A DNA stretch of 64,000 nt from an uncultured delta proteobacterium (GCA_963743305.1 CAVUPH010000037.1:1-64000), one strand, 5' to 3'; shown: positions 20,163 to 30,926, counted from the stretch's first letter. A program made the numbers and translations. The notes: generated by a model not told the origin, from the sequence alone.

Positions 20163-21325
20163 GAATCATCACCAAATACATCCTCAAGGAAATTCTGACC
20201 CCTTTCGGGGTAACCTTGACCGTGTTCACCTTGATTTTTATTTTAGGGAACCTGATGCAGCTCATCGAGATGATCGTTCAAAAGGGGGTCGGAGTCTTCA
20301 ATATCCTCCGCCTGCTGGGCTATACGCTTCCTTTTTTGATGGTCTATATTATACCCATGTCATTTTTTATCTCGATCCTCTTAGGTTTTTTGCGCCTGGC
20401 CAGCGATAACGAGGTCACGGCCTTGAAGGGCTCGGGATTAAGTTTCTTTCAGCTTTTGCCGCCGGTTTTGATTTTGAGCCTCTCCGGAACTATCCTTACC
20501 GGGTTTGCGGCCATGGTTGCCCAGCCCTGGGGGGAGCACTCGCTGAAAAATCTACTGTTTCAGGTCGCCGTAGTGCAGGCCAAGGTCAGTTTGAAAGAAC
20601 GGGTTTTTTATAACGAATTTAAAGAGCTGGTTTTTTATATTCAAAGGGTGCACGGGGACGGTTTATTGGAAGATGTCTTTATCTTTGACCAACGGGAAAA
20701 AGACCTTCCTCAGACGATTATCGCCAAACGGGGGTGGCTGATCCCTAATCCCAAAGAGCGTTCCTTGAACCTGCGACTGGAAAACGGACATATTTATAAC
20801 GTTTCTTTGAAATCCAAAAGCGCCCAGACTGTTTTCTTTAAGAGCTATGATCTATTCCTGCCTCTGGAGCAGATCGTCTCGGACCAGGAAAAGAGGGAAA
20901 AAAGCGAAACCGAAATGTATCTCCCGGAATTAAGAGAAAGAATCCGCATAACCTCGCCCACTGAAAAAAGGTATTATAATTACCAGATCGAATATTACAA
21001 AAAGTTCAGCCTCCCTTTTGCCTGCCTGGTTTTGGGCATGATCGCCTTGCCCCTGGGCCTGCAGTCCAAGGTAGCCGGTCGTCCCTGGGCCATTATCCTG
21101 GGAGGAGCGGTCTTCTTCATTTACTATTTATTTTTATCCCTGGCCTTCAGCTTAGGGGAGCGGGGGGCGCTGCCGCCGGTTATCGGTCTGTGGTTGCCCA
21201 ACATTATCGTTGGTCTTATCGGCATTTACCTCTTCCGCCTGGCCTATCTGGAAAAAGAGCTCACCTGGCTGATTCGCTTAAGACAGGCGGCGGCCTGGCT
21301 AATAAAAAAGGTAAGACGATCCTAA
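20159..21325 (+). CDS. lptF: LPS export ABC permease LptF
   Basis: YILKEI, RLASDNEVTALKGSG, KKFSLPFAC, WLPN. Confidence 0.88.
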   Translation: MRIITKYILKEILTPFGVTLTVFTLIFILGNLMQLIEMIVQKGVGVFNILRLLGYTLPFLMVYIIPMSFFISILLGFLRLASDNEVTALKGSGLSFFQLLPPVLILSLSGTILTGFAAMVAQPWGEHSLKNLLFQVAVVQAKVSLKERVFYNEFKELVFYIQRVHGDGLLEDVFIFDQREKDLPQTIIAKRGWLIPNPKERSLNLRLENGHIYNVSLKSKSAQTVFFKSYDLFLPLEQIVSDQEKREKSETEMYLPELRERIRITSPTEKRYYNYQIEYYKKFSLPFACLVLGMIALPLGLQSKVAGRPWAIILGGAVFFIYYLFLSLAFSLGERGALPPVIGLWLPNIIVGLIGIYLFRLAYLEKELTWLIRLRQAAAWLIKKVRRS

Positions 21326-22377
21326 CCGGCTGGTTCAAATTACTGTTAACCCCGCTGGGGGGCCTGGCCTCGGGAATCTATGGACTGGGTGTGTTTTTAC
21401 GCCTCTCCCTTTACCGAAGGGGACTGTTGCCGGTTCACCGATTGCCCCTGAGCGTCATCAGTATCGGGAACCTGGTCGTCGGGGGAACCGGCAAGACCCC
21501 CCATACGGCTTTAATTGCCGATCATTTCAGACGACAGGGAAGAAAGGTGGTCATCCTCAGCCGGGGGTACGGAGGAGATAAAAGCGCAAAAGGGGCGGTC
21601 ATTTCCAGTCCGGAAGGAATAATCGGAACCCTTTCGGAGGGGGGAGAAGAGCCCTTCTGGCTGGCAGAACAATTGCCGGGGGTGGCCGTGGTGATCGGGA
21701 AAAACCGCTATCAGTCCGGCTTACTCTCTCGGGAACGCTGGGGAGTGGATCTGGCCATCTTGGACGATGGATTCCAGCACGTCGGTCTGGAGCGAAATGT
21801 CGATATACTACTCATTCCAGCCCACGAACCTTTTGGGACCGGGGGACTGCTCCCTCGGGGCACCCTCCGAGAACCCCGAAATCAGCTCAGCAGGGCCGAT
21901 GTGGTCATCATCAGCCACACGGAAATGATCGCTGCCCGGGATCTGTCCGCCCTGGAAGGACAGATCAAAGCCCTCGATCCCGGGATGCCCGTTTTTTTTT
22001 CCCGCCATGTTCCCCAAAGGCTCTGGAAATATCCGGAGGGTGAATCCCAACCCTTGTCCTGGTTAAAAGGAAAGCGGGTGCTGGCCTTTTGCGGGCTCGG
22101 TCAGCCGGAGTCCTTTCGCCACAGCTTGAAAAGCCTGGAGGTGGAATTGGTGGGCCTGAAGTCCTTTCAGGGATCATCAGGTCTACCAGGAAAAAGACAA
22201 ACGACCGTCTTCTGGAGGAGGCGGCCTCCTTAAAAGCGGAGGTGCTGCTGACCACCGAAAAGGATGCGCTGAAACTTGGGAACTGGCCTGACGGGCAGGC
22301 GGAGTTGCTGGTACTGGCCATTGGGGTAGAGATACCCGAATAAGAATTTCTGGGAAGTGTTGGAAAGCAAGATTTAA
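21290..22377 (+). CDS. lpxK: Tetraacyldisaccharide 4'-kinase; start uncertain, several +1 frameshifts near the 3' end
   Basis: ISIGNLVVGGTGKTP, LSRGYG, LDDGFQH, LLPRGTLRE; TTEKD lies in a shifted frame (ORF 22089-22343). Confidence 0.88.
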
Positions 22378-22400
22378 CCAAAAATTTGACTATTTTTGGT

Positions 22401-22546
22401 TGAAAATCTTCGAAATCCGAAATCCGAAACTCGAAACAAATCCAAATGACCAAATTTCGAAGAATTCGAAACGTTTTTGTTTTGGATCATTTGGATTTTG
22501 GACCTTCGTGCTTGTTTCGGAATTTCGTGCTTCGAATTTCGGATTT
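22401..22546. repeat. Inverted heptamer element (GAAATCC)n...AAATGACCAAA...TTGGATCATTT...(CGAATTT)n
   Basis: Long imperfect palindrome between lpxK and waaF; related halves at 42660-42722 and 44585-44615. Confidence 0.8.
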
Positions 22547-22617
22547 AGAGATCATAACTTATTCATCAGAGTGTTAGGGATAAATCTTCCAGATAAAAAG
22601 GTATCAGATTCGTCCTC

Positions 22618-23712
22618 ATGGCCGATCCTTTTCGTAAAATTTTAATTCGCTCTACCAACTGGCTGGGAGATGCCTTATTGACCACCCCGGCCATTCATAG
22701 TATAAAAACCCATTTTCCCGAGGCTGAATTAGCGGTCCTGGCTCGGCCGGGAGTGGCCCCGGTCTTTGAAACGAATCCCGATGTCCGGCAGGTGATTATT
22801 TATGAAAATAAAGGCCGCCATCGAGGGATTCGTGGTAAGTGGCTCCTGGCGAAGGCCCTGAAACCGTTGAATTTTGAAGTCGTCGTGCATTTTCCCCATT
22901 CCTTTGAGTCGGCCTGGATTTCCTTCTTAAGCGGTATTCCGGTCCGGGTGGGGTATGCCACGGAAGGACGGGGACGGCTGTTGACCCAGACCAAACCCCT
23001 TCCTTTGAGATTCAATGACCAGCACCAGGTACTCTCCTTTATGCAGCTTCTGGAGGGCTTGGGGATTCGCGAAATTCCAGACCCGGAGAGACACCCCCTG
23101 CGGTTGAGGGTGGCTGAAAATTGGAAAGAGGAGGCCGGCCGGCGACTCGCCTCCTTTGGTGTCAGACCCGATGATCCGGTGATCGGTTTGGCTCCGGGCG
23201 CCCAGTACGGACCGGCCAAGTGTTGGCCGTTTTCGGCATATGAAAAATTGGCGGAACGAATCCAGCACCAAAGAGGCGCTCGGGTTATCCTCTTGGGTGC
23301 CGCCGGAGATGCGCTGGGCACTGCACCGGGCGGGAAGGAAATCCCCCAGGGGCCCTTTATTAATTTAATGGGCCAAACTTCCCTGGGAGAAGCCCTGGCC
23401 CTGGTGGAGCGCTGCCAGGCGGTGGTCAGTAATGATTCCGGATTGATGCACGTGGCGGCGGCTTTGAACAGGCCCCTGGTGGCCCTGTTCGGTTCGACCA
23501 GCCCGGAAAGGACCGGGCCCTGGGGGAAGACCTCCCGGGTGATCCGGAAGCCGTTTCCCTGCAGTCCCTGTTTTCGAAAAGAATGCCGAGAGGCTCGCTT
23601 TTGCCTGGAAGCCATCGGCGTGGATGAGGTCTGGGAAGCCCTGAAAGACCTGACCCAAGACTCAATAGCCGGGGCGGGCACCGCGAAGCCTGAAAACAAG
23701 GCTTCTTCATAA
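22618..23712 (+). CDS. waaF: ADP-heptose:LPS heptosyltransferase II
   Basis: NWLGDALL, PGAQYGPAKCWP, SNDSGLMHVAAA, FGST. Confidence 0.88.
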   Translation: MADPFRKILIRSTNWLGDALLTTPAIHSIKTHFPEAELAVLARPGVAPVFETNPDVRQVIIYENKGRHRGIRGKWLLAKALKPLNFEVVVHFPHSFESAWISFLSGIPVRVGYATEGRGRLLTQTKPLPLRFNDQHQVLSFMQLLEGLGIREIPDPERHPLRLRVAENWKEEAGRRLASFGVRPDDPVIGLAPGAQYGPAKCWPFSAYEKLAERIQHQRGARVILLGAAGDALGTAPGGKEIPQGPFINLMGQTSLGEALALVERCQAVVSNDSGLMHVAAALNRPLVALFGSTSPERTGPWGKTSRVIRKPFPCSPCFRKECREARFCLEAIGVDEVWEALKDLTQDSIAGAGTAKPENKASS

Positions 23713-23794
23713 GAGTTTGATTTTAAAATTAATATATTTATTACTTTTAATTATTGAAATAGCAAACTTAACGGAAGTCTATTTAAATACTAAG

Positions 23795-24901
23795 ATGAGC
23801 CTATTTAGGAGACTGCCCCTGCCTCCCCCTAAGGGCGAAATCAAACGCATCCTCCTGGTTCAGCCGAGCCGGATCGGGGATATTGTTTTCAGTTTGCCCA
23901 CCCTGTCCGCTCTGCGCCGGACGTATCCTAGGGCCAGGATAACCTGGCTGGTAGATGACCGCTGCCGGGACCTGGTTGAAGGACACCCGGACCTGGATGA
24001 AGTGCTGGTGGCTCCCTTCAAGGCGATGGAGGAGGCCCTTAAAAAGAAAGCCTGGAAAGCGATGGGGCAAACCTTCAGCCGGTTAAAAAGGGAGCTGCGC
24101 TCCCGATCTTTTGACCTGTCCATCGATTTGCATGGTTTGGCCAAGTCGGCCCTGCTGGTGTGGATGGCCGGGGCCCGCTGGCGGATAGGTTCGGCCAATA
24201 CCACCGGGATGAAAGAATTGTCCGGGTTTTTCTCTCGGGAGATTTCCCCCCGCCCCCATGATCGGCATACCGTGGAAAGAAACCTCTCAGTCATTGATTT
24301 TCTGGGAGGACCGACCCACGAGATCCAATTTCAATGGGCGATTTCCGAGACCGCCCAAAATCAGGTTCGCGAAATCCTGGTCTCGGCCGGCCGCCGGGAG
24401 CAGGAAAGGCTGGTGGTCATTCATCCGGGAGCCGGTTGGCTCTCCCGCCGTTGGCCGGCGGACCGCTTTGCCGAATTGATCAATACCCTGGGATTGACCC
24501 CCGGCCTGCGGTTGGCCGTGATCGGGGGTGCCGCGGGCGGCAGCCAGGAGGGCCGTCTGTTCGAAGCGCTTTTTTCCCTGATCCGAGTGCCGGTGATTGA
24601 TCTGGTTAATCGGCTGAGTCTCAAACAGTTGATCGCCCTGCTTAAGGAAACCGACCTTTTCATCGGCAACGAGGCCGGTCCCATGCACCTGGCCGCGGCC
24701 CTGGATCGGCCCGTGGTGGCCATTATCGGGCCGACCCGACCGGAGTTGACCGGACCTTTCGGCCACAAAGCCCGAATCATCCGAAAACCGGTTTCCTGCA
24801 GTCCCTGCCGGGACCGGAATTGTTCGGAGTTAACCTGCATGAAAGCCATCGAGGTCAGGGATGTTCTGGAAACGGTCCGGTCAGTTGACGGGTTTCATTG
24901 A
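23795..24901 (+). CDS. GT9 heptosyltransferase (WaaC-like)
   Basis: SRIGDIV, DLHGLAKS, GNEAGPMHLAAA. Confidence 0.85.
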   Translation: MSLFRRLPLPPPKGEIKRILLVQPSRIGDIVFSLPTLSALRRTYPRARITWLVDDRCRDLVEGHPDLDEVLVAPFKAMEEALKKKAWKAMGQTFSRLKRELRSRSFDLSIDLHGLAKSALLVWMAGARWRIGSANTTGMKELSGFFSREISPRPHDRHTVERNLSVIDFLGGPTHEIQFQWAISETAQNQVREILVSAGRREQERLVVIHPGAGWLSRRWPADRFAELINTLGLTPGLRLAVIGGAAGGSQEGRLFEALFSLIRVPVIDLVNRLSLKQLIALLKETDLFIGNEAGPMHLAAALDRPVVAIIGPTRPELTGPFGHKARIIRKPVSCSPCRDRNCSELTCMKAIEVRDVLETVRSVDGFH

Positions 24902-25964
24902 CCCTCAAGGGGACCAACGGATCCTGTTGATCAAGTTGACCTCTCTGGGAGACGTGATCCATGCCTTGCCGGTGGCCTCTCGCCTGAAAACGAGTTTTCC
25001 CCGGATTAAGTTATATTGGGTGGTGGAGGACCGCTGCGCCCCGATTCTGGAAGCCCATCCCCTGTTGGAGGGGGTCGTGGTCTATCCCCGGAAAAAGATT
25101 CAAGCCCTTCTGGCCCGGAAGTCCTGGGGCGAGGCCTGGAGCGAGTTGGTTCGCTTGCGCCGGGCCTTAAGGGATCTGCGGATTGACCTGTCCATCGATC
25201 TGCAGGGGTTGGCCAAATCGGGGCTGATGGCCCTTCTGGCCGGGGCCCCCCGCCGATTGGGCTGCACCGGCTTGAAGGAATTCAGTTATTGGGTTTCCCG
25301 GCAGATCCCGGAAGGGGAGGGCTTACACGCCGTGGACCGCAATCTGAAAGTGGCTGAATTCCTGGGGTGCCCTCCGGGACCCCCGGATTTCCAACTGGGC
25401 CTTCGCTCGGAAGAGAGGACCTGGGCCGACCATTTTCTCCAGACCCAAGGGGTGAGGGAAGGCGAAAAAATCATCGGTCTGCAGGTGGGGGCCTCCCTGC
25501 CCCAAAAATGCTGGCCCCTTAATCAATGGGGCGCTCTACTGGAGCGCCTTTCCCTTTTGGAAGGGGTTCAGGTGGTTCTGCTGGGGGACGCGCAGGATCG
25601 GCAGCGGTTTCTGGGTCAAGTCCCGATTTCCGGCCGGGGAGTCATCGACGGCTTGGGCCGGCTCTCCCTGCGGCACTTGGCGGCCGTGATGGAAAGATGC
25701 CGGCTAGTGGTGGGATCCGACACCGGACCCCTCCATCTGGCGGTGGCCTTGGGCCTGCCGGTGGTGGGGCTTTACGGACCCGACGACCCACGCTTTACCG
25801 GACCTTACGGGAAGGGCAACAGAATTCATTATAAAAAATTGGCGTGCAGCCCCTGTTATAAAAATCCTACTTGCCAGGGACGGTTCGACTGCTTGCGGGC
25901 CATCGAGGCCCCGGAAGTCTTTGAATCCCTCCGGGAACTTTTGGAGATCGGCGACCGTGTATAG
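24885..25964 (+). CDS. GT9 heptosyltransferase (WaaC-like paralog)
   Basis: KLTSLGDVIH, DLQGLAKS, DTGPLHLA. Confidence 0.85.
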   Translation: MTGFIDPQGDQRILLIKLTSLGDVIHALPVASRLKTSFPRIKLYWVVEDRCAPILEAHPLLEGVVVYPRKKIQALLARKSWGEAWSELVRLRRALRDLRIDLSIDLQGLAKSGLMALLAGAPRRLGCTGLKEFSYWVSRQIPEGEGLHAVDRNLKVAEFLGCPPGPPDFQLGLRSEERTWADHFLQTQGVREGEKIIGLQVGASLPQKCWPLNQWGALLERLSLLEGVQVVLLGDAQDRQRFLGQVPISGRGVIDGLGRLSLRHLAAVMERCRLVVGSDTGPLHLAVALGLPVVGLYGPDDPRFTGPYGKGNRIHYKKLACSPCYKNPTCQGRFDCLRAIEAPEVFESLRELLEIGDRV

Positions 25965-26853
25965 ACTGCTTTATCTTTTGGTCATCCTGCTTTCCCTTAT
26001 CCCCAGGAAGATCGGGTTGTTTTTGGGCGAAGGATTGGGGAGCGGATTATTTTACCTGTTAAAAAGAAGAAGGCAGATCGCTTTTCAGAATGTTACGACG
26101 GCTTTTGGGGATCAAAAATCAGAAGCCGAGCGCTGGAACCTGGTGAAACAATGCTTCCAGGGAATCGGCCGACACTTTTTCGAGGCCGTGTATCTGTTCC
26201 GCTACAGTGCCGAGCGCGTCAAAAAATACGTCCGCTTCACGGGGATCGAACACTACCAGGCGGCCAAGGCCCAGGGGAAGGGGATCGCTTTTCTAACGGG
26301 CCATTTCGGGTGCTGGGAACTGATGCCGATCAGCTTCGGGTACTTTTTTGAGCCGACCTACGTGATCGTCAAGCCGCTGGATTTCGAACCGGCGGAAAAA
26401 CTTTCCCGGGCACTGCGGGAGGTCAGCGGCAACCGAGTGGTATCCAAAGAGCGGTCCATGCGGGTCTTGATTAAACTGCTAAGGGAGAAAAAAAACCTGG
26501 GCATCTTGATGGACCAGAACATCGACTGGAAGGACGGAGTCTTTGTCGATTTTTTTGGGCGACGGGCCTGCACCAACAAGGGCCTGGCCTTGTTGGTCCT
26601 AAGCACGGGGGCTCCGGTGGTGCCGGGTTTCATGGTCTACGAGGGAAACGGGCACTATCGGTTGGAACTCCAACCCCCAGTGCCCTGGCTGGATTTCGGC
26701 GACCGGACCAAAAACATCGAGGAAAACACGGCCCAGTATAATCGGGTTATCGAGGCCATGGCCCGACGCTACCCGGACCACTACTTCTGGGTCCACCAGC
26801 GTTGGAAGACCCGTCCCTATCAGCCCTGGCCGAGGGAGGAGGGGAAGCGCTGA
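25957..26853 (+). CDS. Lipid A late acyltransferase (LpxL/HtrB family)
   Basis: GHFGCWE, MDQN, VDFFG, YPDHYFWVHQRWK. Confidence 0.9.
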   Translation: MYRLLYLLVILLSLIPRKIGLFLGEGLGSGLFYLLKRRRQIAFQNVTTAFGDQKSEAERWNLVKQCFQGIGRHFFEAVYLFRYSAERVKKYVRFTGIEHYQAAKAQGKGIAFLTGHFGCWELMPISFGYFFEPTYVIVKPLDFEPAEKLSRALREVSGNRVVSKERSMRVLIKLLREKKNLGILMDQNIDWKDGVFVDFFGRRACTNKGLALLVLSTGAPVVPGFMVYEGNGHYRLELQPPVPWLDFGDRTKNIEENTAQYNRVIEAMARRYPDHYFWVHQRWKTRPYQPWPREEGKR

Positions 26854-27022
26854 GCGCCGGGCGTGGAGCGAAAAGAAGATGGGAGAGGGAAGAGGGAAGC
26901 GATAAGAAGAGAGAAGGGGGAAGAGAGAAGAGAGCAAAAGAGGAAAAGAACTGGGAAGAGTGCAGCGCAGCCGCCCTCTATCAATTGATTATTGATTATT
27001 CGTTTTGCCTTTATCAGAAACC

Positions 27023-28175
27023 GTGATGGAAAAAGGGACAGATAAAAAATTTAGGATTCTCCATACCGAATGGTCGGAAGGCTGGGGCGGGCAGGAAATC
27101 CGCATCTTGCTGGAAATGAGGGAACATCGACGGCAAGGTCATCAGGTCCGGATCCTCTGCCCTCCCCGAACGAAACTGGCGGAAGAGGCCGGGAAGATGG
27201 GGATCGAGGTCATTCCCCACAAGATTAGAACCGCCTGGGAGCCCGGGGCTGTCCTGCGGATAAAAAATCTGATTCGGGAATTAAAGATCGACGTGCTGCA
27301 CACCCATAGTTCGGTGGACAGTTGGGCCGGGGGCCTGGCCGGGCGCTGGGCCAAAGTTCCGGTGTTGGTTCGCACCCGTCATATTTCGGTGCGGGTGAGA
27401 CGGCCCTGGTTGAACCGGGTCTATTATTTGCCCGATGCCATCATTACTACGGGGGAGCATATCCGCCGGGAATTGCTCCAAACCCACAAGATCCCAACCG
27501 AACGGATCGTTTCCATCCCCACTGGGGCGGATACGGGCCGATTTCAAGCCCGGCCCCCGGACCTGGACTTAAAGAAGAGGATGGGGCTGCCGCATCGACA
27601 GCCCGGTCGTCACCCTGGTGGCCGTTTTGAGGGCCCAGAAACGCCATGAACTGGTGATCGCCGCCGCCGCCGAGCTGATCAAGGTTTTTCCCCAGGCCCG
27701 GTTTCTTTTTGTGGGGGACGGTCCCGGCCGTGATCGAGTGGAACAGGAAATAAGAAAAGCTCAACTGGAGGATCGAATCCTCATGACCGGCTATCGAGAG
27801 GATATTCCGGAAATCCTGTCTTTTACCGATTTAGGAATTATTTCTTCGGTGGCGGAAGGGGTCCCCCAGTTTCTTTTCCAGATTATGGCCATGGGTAAAC
27901 CGGTCATTGCCACCGCTGTGGGCGGGATCCCGGATATCATCACCTCCGGGGTAACCGGAATATTGATCCCGCCGGAAGACCCAGCGGCTCTGGTTAAGGC
28001 CATGGTTCAGGCGCTACGAGATCCGGAATCGGCCGGGCGCCTGGGCGAGGAAGGCCGCCGGCTGGTGGAACAGGAATATACGGTGGAAAAAATGGCCGAA
28101 AAGGTTTATAGGGTTTATCAGCAGGTTTATGAGCGGAAACAAGGAAACTCACTGGAGATTCAGGACAATCGATAA
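27023..28175 (+). CDS. GT4 glycosyltransferase (one frameshift near 27590)
   Basis: ORFs 27005-27649 (GWGGQEIR, HTHSS.D) and 27618-28175 (EGVPQ, VGGIPD) join into one GT4. Confidence 0.82.
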
Positions 28176-28176
28176 G

Positions 28177-28261
28177 AAATCCCTCCCAACCTCCCTTTCC
28201 AAAAGGGAGGAGTCATAAGGAAAAAGGGTTCCCCCCTTTGGAAAGGGGGGAGGGGGGATTT
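28177..28261. repeat. Palindromic element AAATCCCTCCC...CTCCCTTT-CCA-AAAGGGAG...CCCCCCTTT-GG-AAAGGGGGG...GGATTT
   Basis: Two internal hairpins within an outer inverted repeat. Confidence 0.7.
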
Positions 28262-28280
28262 CTCGGAAGGAGTAAAATAG

Positions 28281-29220
28281 ATGAGAATATTGATAACCGG
28301 GGCCGCCGGATTCATTGGCTCCCACCTGGCCGAGGCGCTGCTGGGCCTAGGGCATCAGGTAATCGGGATCGATAACTTTTTGGATTATTATCCTCGCTGG
28401 ATGAAGGAAAAGAATCTGGAAAAGGTTCGTACCCAATCGGAGTTTGAATTCATTGAAGCGGATCTCCTGGATACCGATTTGGTCGGTCTGGTAAAGCCCC
28501 TGGAGGGTATCATTCATCTGGCCGCCCAGGCCGGGGTCCGAGCCAGTTGGGGAGAGAACTTCCGTACTTATTCAGACAACAACATCCTGGCCACCCAACG
28601 ATTATTGGAAGCCTGCCGGGGAGAAGGGATCAAGAAATTCATCTATGCTTCTTCGTCCTCGCTTTACGGAGATACGGATGACTTACCGATGCGGGAAGAG
28701 TCCATCCTGCGGCCGGTGTCCCCTTACGGGGTATCCAAGGCGGCGGGGGAATATCTGGCCTATCTGTATTATAGAAACTTCGGACTGCCGACCGTTGCCC
28801 TGCGGTTTTTCACCGTCTATGGTCCCCGGCAGCGGCCCGACATGGCCTTCCATCGCTTTTTTAAGGCCGGGCTGGAGGGGAAACCGCTGGTGGTCTGGGG
28901 GGATGGGGAACAGTCCCGGGATTTTACCTTTATCGATGATATCGTCCAGGGCTGTCGGCGGGCGCTGGAGGCCGGACGAGACGGGTCCGTCTACAACATC
29001 GGGGGAGGGAGCCGCCGGACCTTGAACGAGATTCTGGAAGCCATGCGCCGGATTACTGGAAACCCCCTGGAAGTACAAGTACCAGCCGGTTCAAAAGGGG
29101 GACGTGCGCCATACCGGGGCCAGCCTGGAGAAAATCAAGAAGGATCTGGGCTACCAGCCCCAGGTTTCCATGATGGAAGGTCTGGAGCGGGAATGGGAGT
29201 GGATGCAAGCACTTTTATAA
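28281..29220 (+). CDS. NAD-dependent nucleotide-sugar epimerase (UDP-glucuronate/glucose 4-epimerase-like); frameshift near 29078
   Basis: TGAAGFIGSH, HLAAQAGVR, YGVSK, RFFTVYGPRQRPDMA; shifted frame continues ...QKGDVRHTGA...WMQALL*. Confidence 0.88.
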
Positions 29221-29301
29221 AAAAGGTAATGTGATAGATTTATCCGTAACCAAACAACCCAAATAACCCAATCAAGGAAATGAACCAATACTGGAGGTGT
29301 T

Positions 29302-29475
29302 ATGGCGGTCAGTAAAGAACTGCTGGATATTTTAGCCTGCCCGAAATGCAAGGGCGATCTTCGCCTGAATGAGGCGGGGGACGGATTAATCTGTGAGGCC
29401 TGCAAACTGATCTACGAGATCAAGGACGACATCCCGATCATGCTCATCGAGGAGGCCAAGCCCTGCGAGGGCTGA
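29302..29475 (+). CDS. Trm112/YcaR-family small zinc-binding protein (57 aa)
   Basis: Manual translation MAVSKELLDILACPKCKGDL...LICEACKLIYEIKDDIPIMLIEEA; GGAGG RBS; below the ORF-track cutoff. Confidence 0.9.
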   Translation: MAVSKELLDILACPKCKGDLRLNEAGDGLICEACKLIYEIKDDIPIMLIEEAKPCEG

Positions 29476-29770
29476 AGCGGCCGGCCAACCCTTTCTTGCT
29501 GGCGCCGGCGGGCTCTGAGCGGGGTTGATTACCCGTTTTCGATTTTTTGGACTCCCCTAGATTTTTGTAACGGCCGGCATTTCTAACAAAAAGAATCGGG
29601 CCGCGGCAAACTGCCCTTTGAACTCGCTTCCACCTACTAATGTTCAACACTTTAAGGTTGGGGAAAAAGGATTACCAATTGAAAGTGAGTGGTTACATTC
29701 CAGGTTACCGGTGGGCTTTTGAGCCATCAGCGAGATAGCTCGTCCGGGGTTTCAGAAGCAAAGGATTTTT

Positions 29771-30631
29771 TTATTTTAAGACCATCGGCAGATACAAATA
29801 ATAACTACGGTTGACATAATTGAAGATCACTCGTGAACCGCTGTCCGGGTCGGCAAATGTCCTGTTCAGTCCGGCCGCAAGGAAGCTCGCATCTTGTGAT
29901 TGCCCGTAAACCCGGAGGACGTCGACCGTGACGTTCCGGCTATAGAGCATCTGGAACGAGGAGTTGGTGCCATAGATGCGGGTGAGGGCGGTCAGCGCCC
30001 TGAAGTCTGCGCTGCCAAATGTATTGTCGAAGATGATTTTGCCGCCTTCGTTGGCCAGATTGTTTAAAACGCTGTCGGTGATGAGGCCGTTGTTTGTGAT
30101 CTGGATATTCCCCAGGGTGCCGTTGGCGGTGAGGTTTAAAGTGGTGGGGGCGGAGATAGTTCCGTTGTTTAAAATGTAGGTTTTATTGTACTGGTCAAGA
30201 ACGTTCAGGGTTCCGGAGAACTGGCCGTTGTTCTGGAGATTGGTCCAGGCCCCGTCAGTCTCGAAGTTGAGTGTACCGTTGAACGTGCTGTTGCTCAGAA
30301 AATTAATAGTTCCCCAGCAGGCGTTAGTGACATTAAACCCTCCGCTTAGGTAATTGTCGGATTTGAAGTTGAATATCCCCCCGCAATTATTAATGTTCCC
30401 GGAGCCGTGGATCCCAGCCGTATTTAAGAAATCAACCGTTAAACCCTCGCCAATGCGGATCGTGCCGCCGCCCCAGGTGACCGGCTGCGAAATAAGGAAC
30501 TGCGTGTTCTCGGTAATCGTCAGTGTATCCCCCTGGCCAGGCAAGTCAGCGCCTGTCAGAGTGATTGCATGAGATGTCAGCGGAGACAGGACCAGAACCA
30601 GGACCAGGACGAATAGAAGTATCGGTTGCAT
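29771..30631 (-). CDS. Secreted Asn/Thr/Gly-rich protein (beta-helix-like) with C-terminal YLPMVLK
   Basis: Signal peptide ending SHA, AAGGAGG RBS, beta-rich repetitive composition. Confidence 0.75.
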   Translation of the reverse strand: MQPILLFVLVLVLVLSPLTSHAITLTGADLPGQGDTLTITENTQFLISQPVTWGGGTIRIGEGLTVDFLNTAGIHGSGNINNCGGIFNFKSDNYLSGGFNVTNACWGTINFLSNSTFNGTLNFETDGAWTNLQNNGQFSGTLNVLDQYNKTYILNNGTISAPTTLNLTANGTLGNIQITNNGLITDSVLNNLANEGGKIIFDNTFGSADFRALTALTRIYGTNSSFQMLYSRNVTVDVLRVYGQSQDASFLAAGLNRTFADPDSGSRVIFNYVNRSYYLYLPMVLK

Positions 30632-30926
30632 GATTTGTTTCCTCCTTTAATAGGGGCCGCTGGGGCTTCGAAGCTTACAAATGGATAGCAACGGCAAAAA
30701 ATAACAAATTCTCTTAGATTGGGTGTGGTTTCTACTACTTACAATTTAACTCCCTGTGCGACATCTTTGAGTCGAGCAGTCCGGGTCTTCCGATCCTATT
30801 AGGTTGAGTTAAGTTGAGGTTTGTTTTCTCGGTTAGCCACCTGGTTTTCCGGCGGGTCCCAATAATTCACCAAACATGCGTTTGTCCCGACCCCTCTCAG
30901 AGCCGGACTTGAAGATTAACTGCCGA

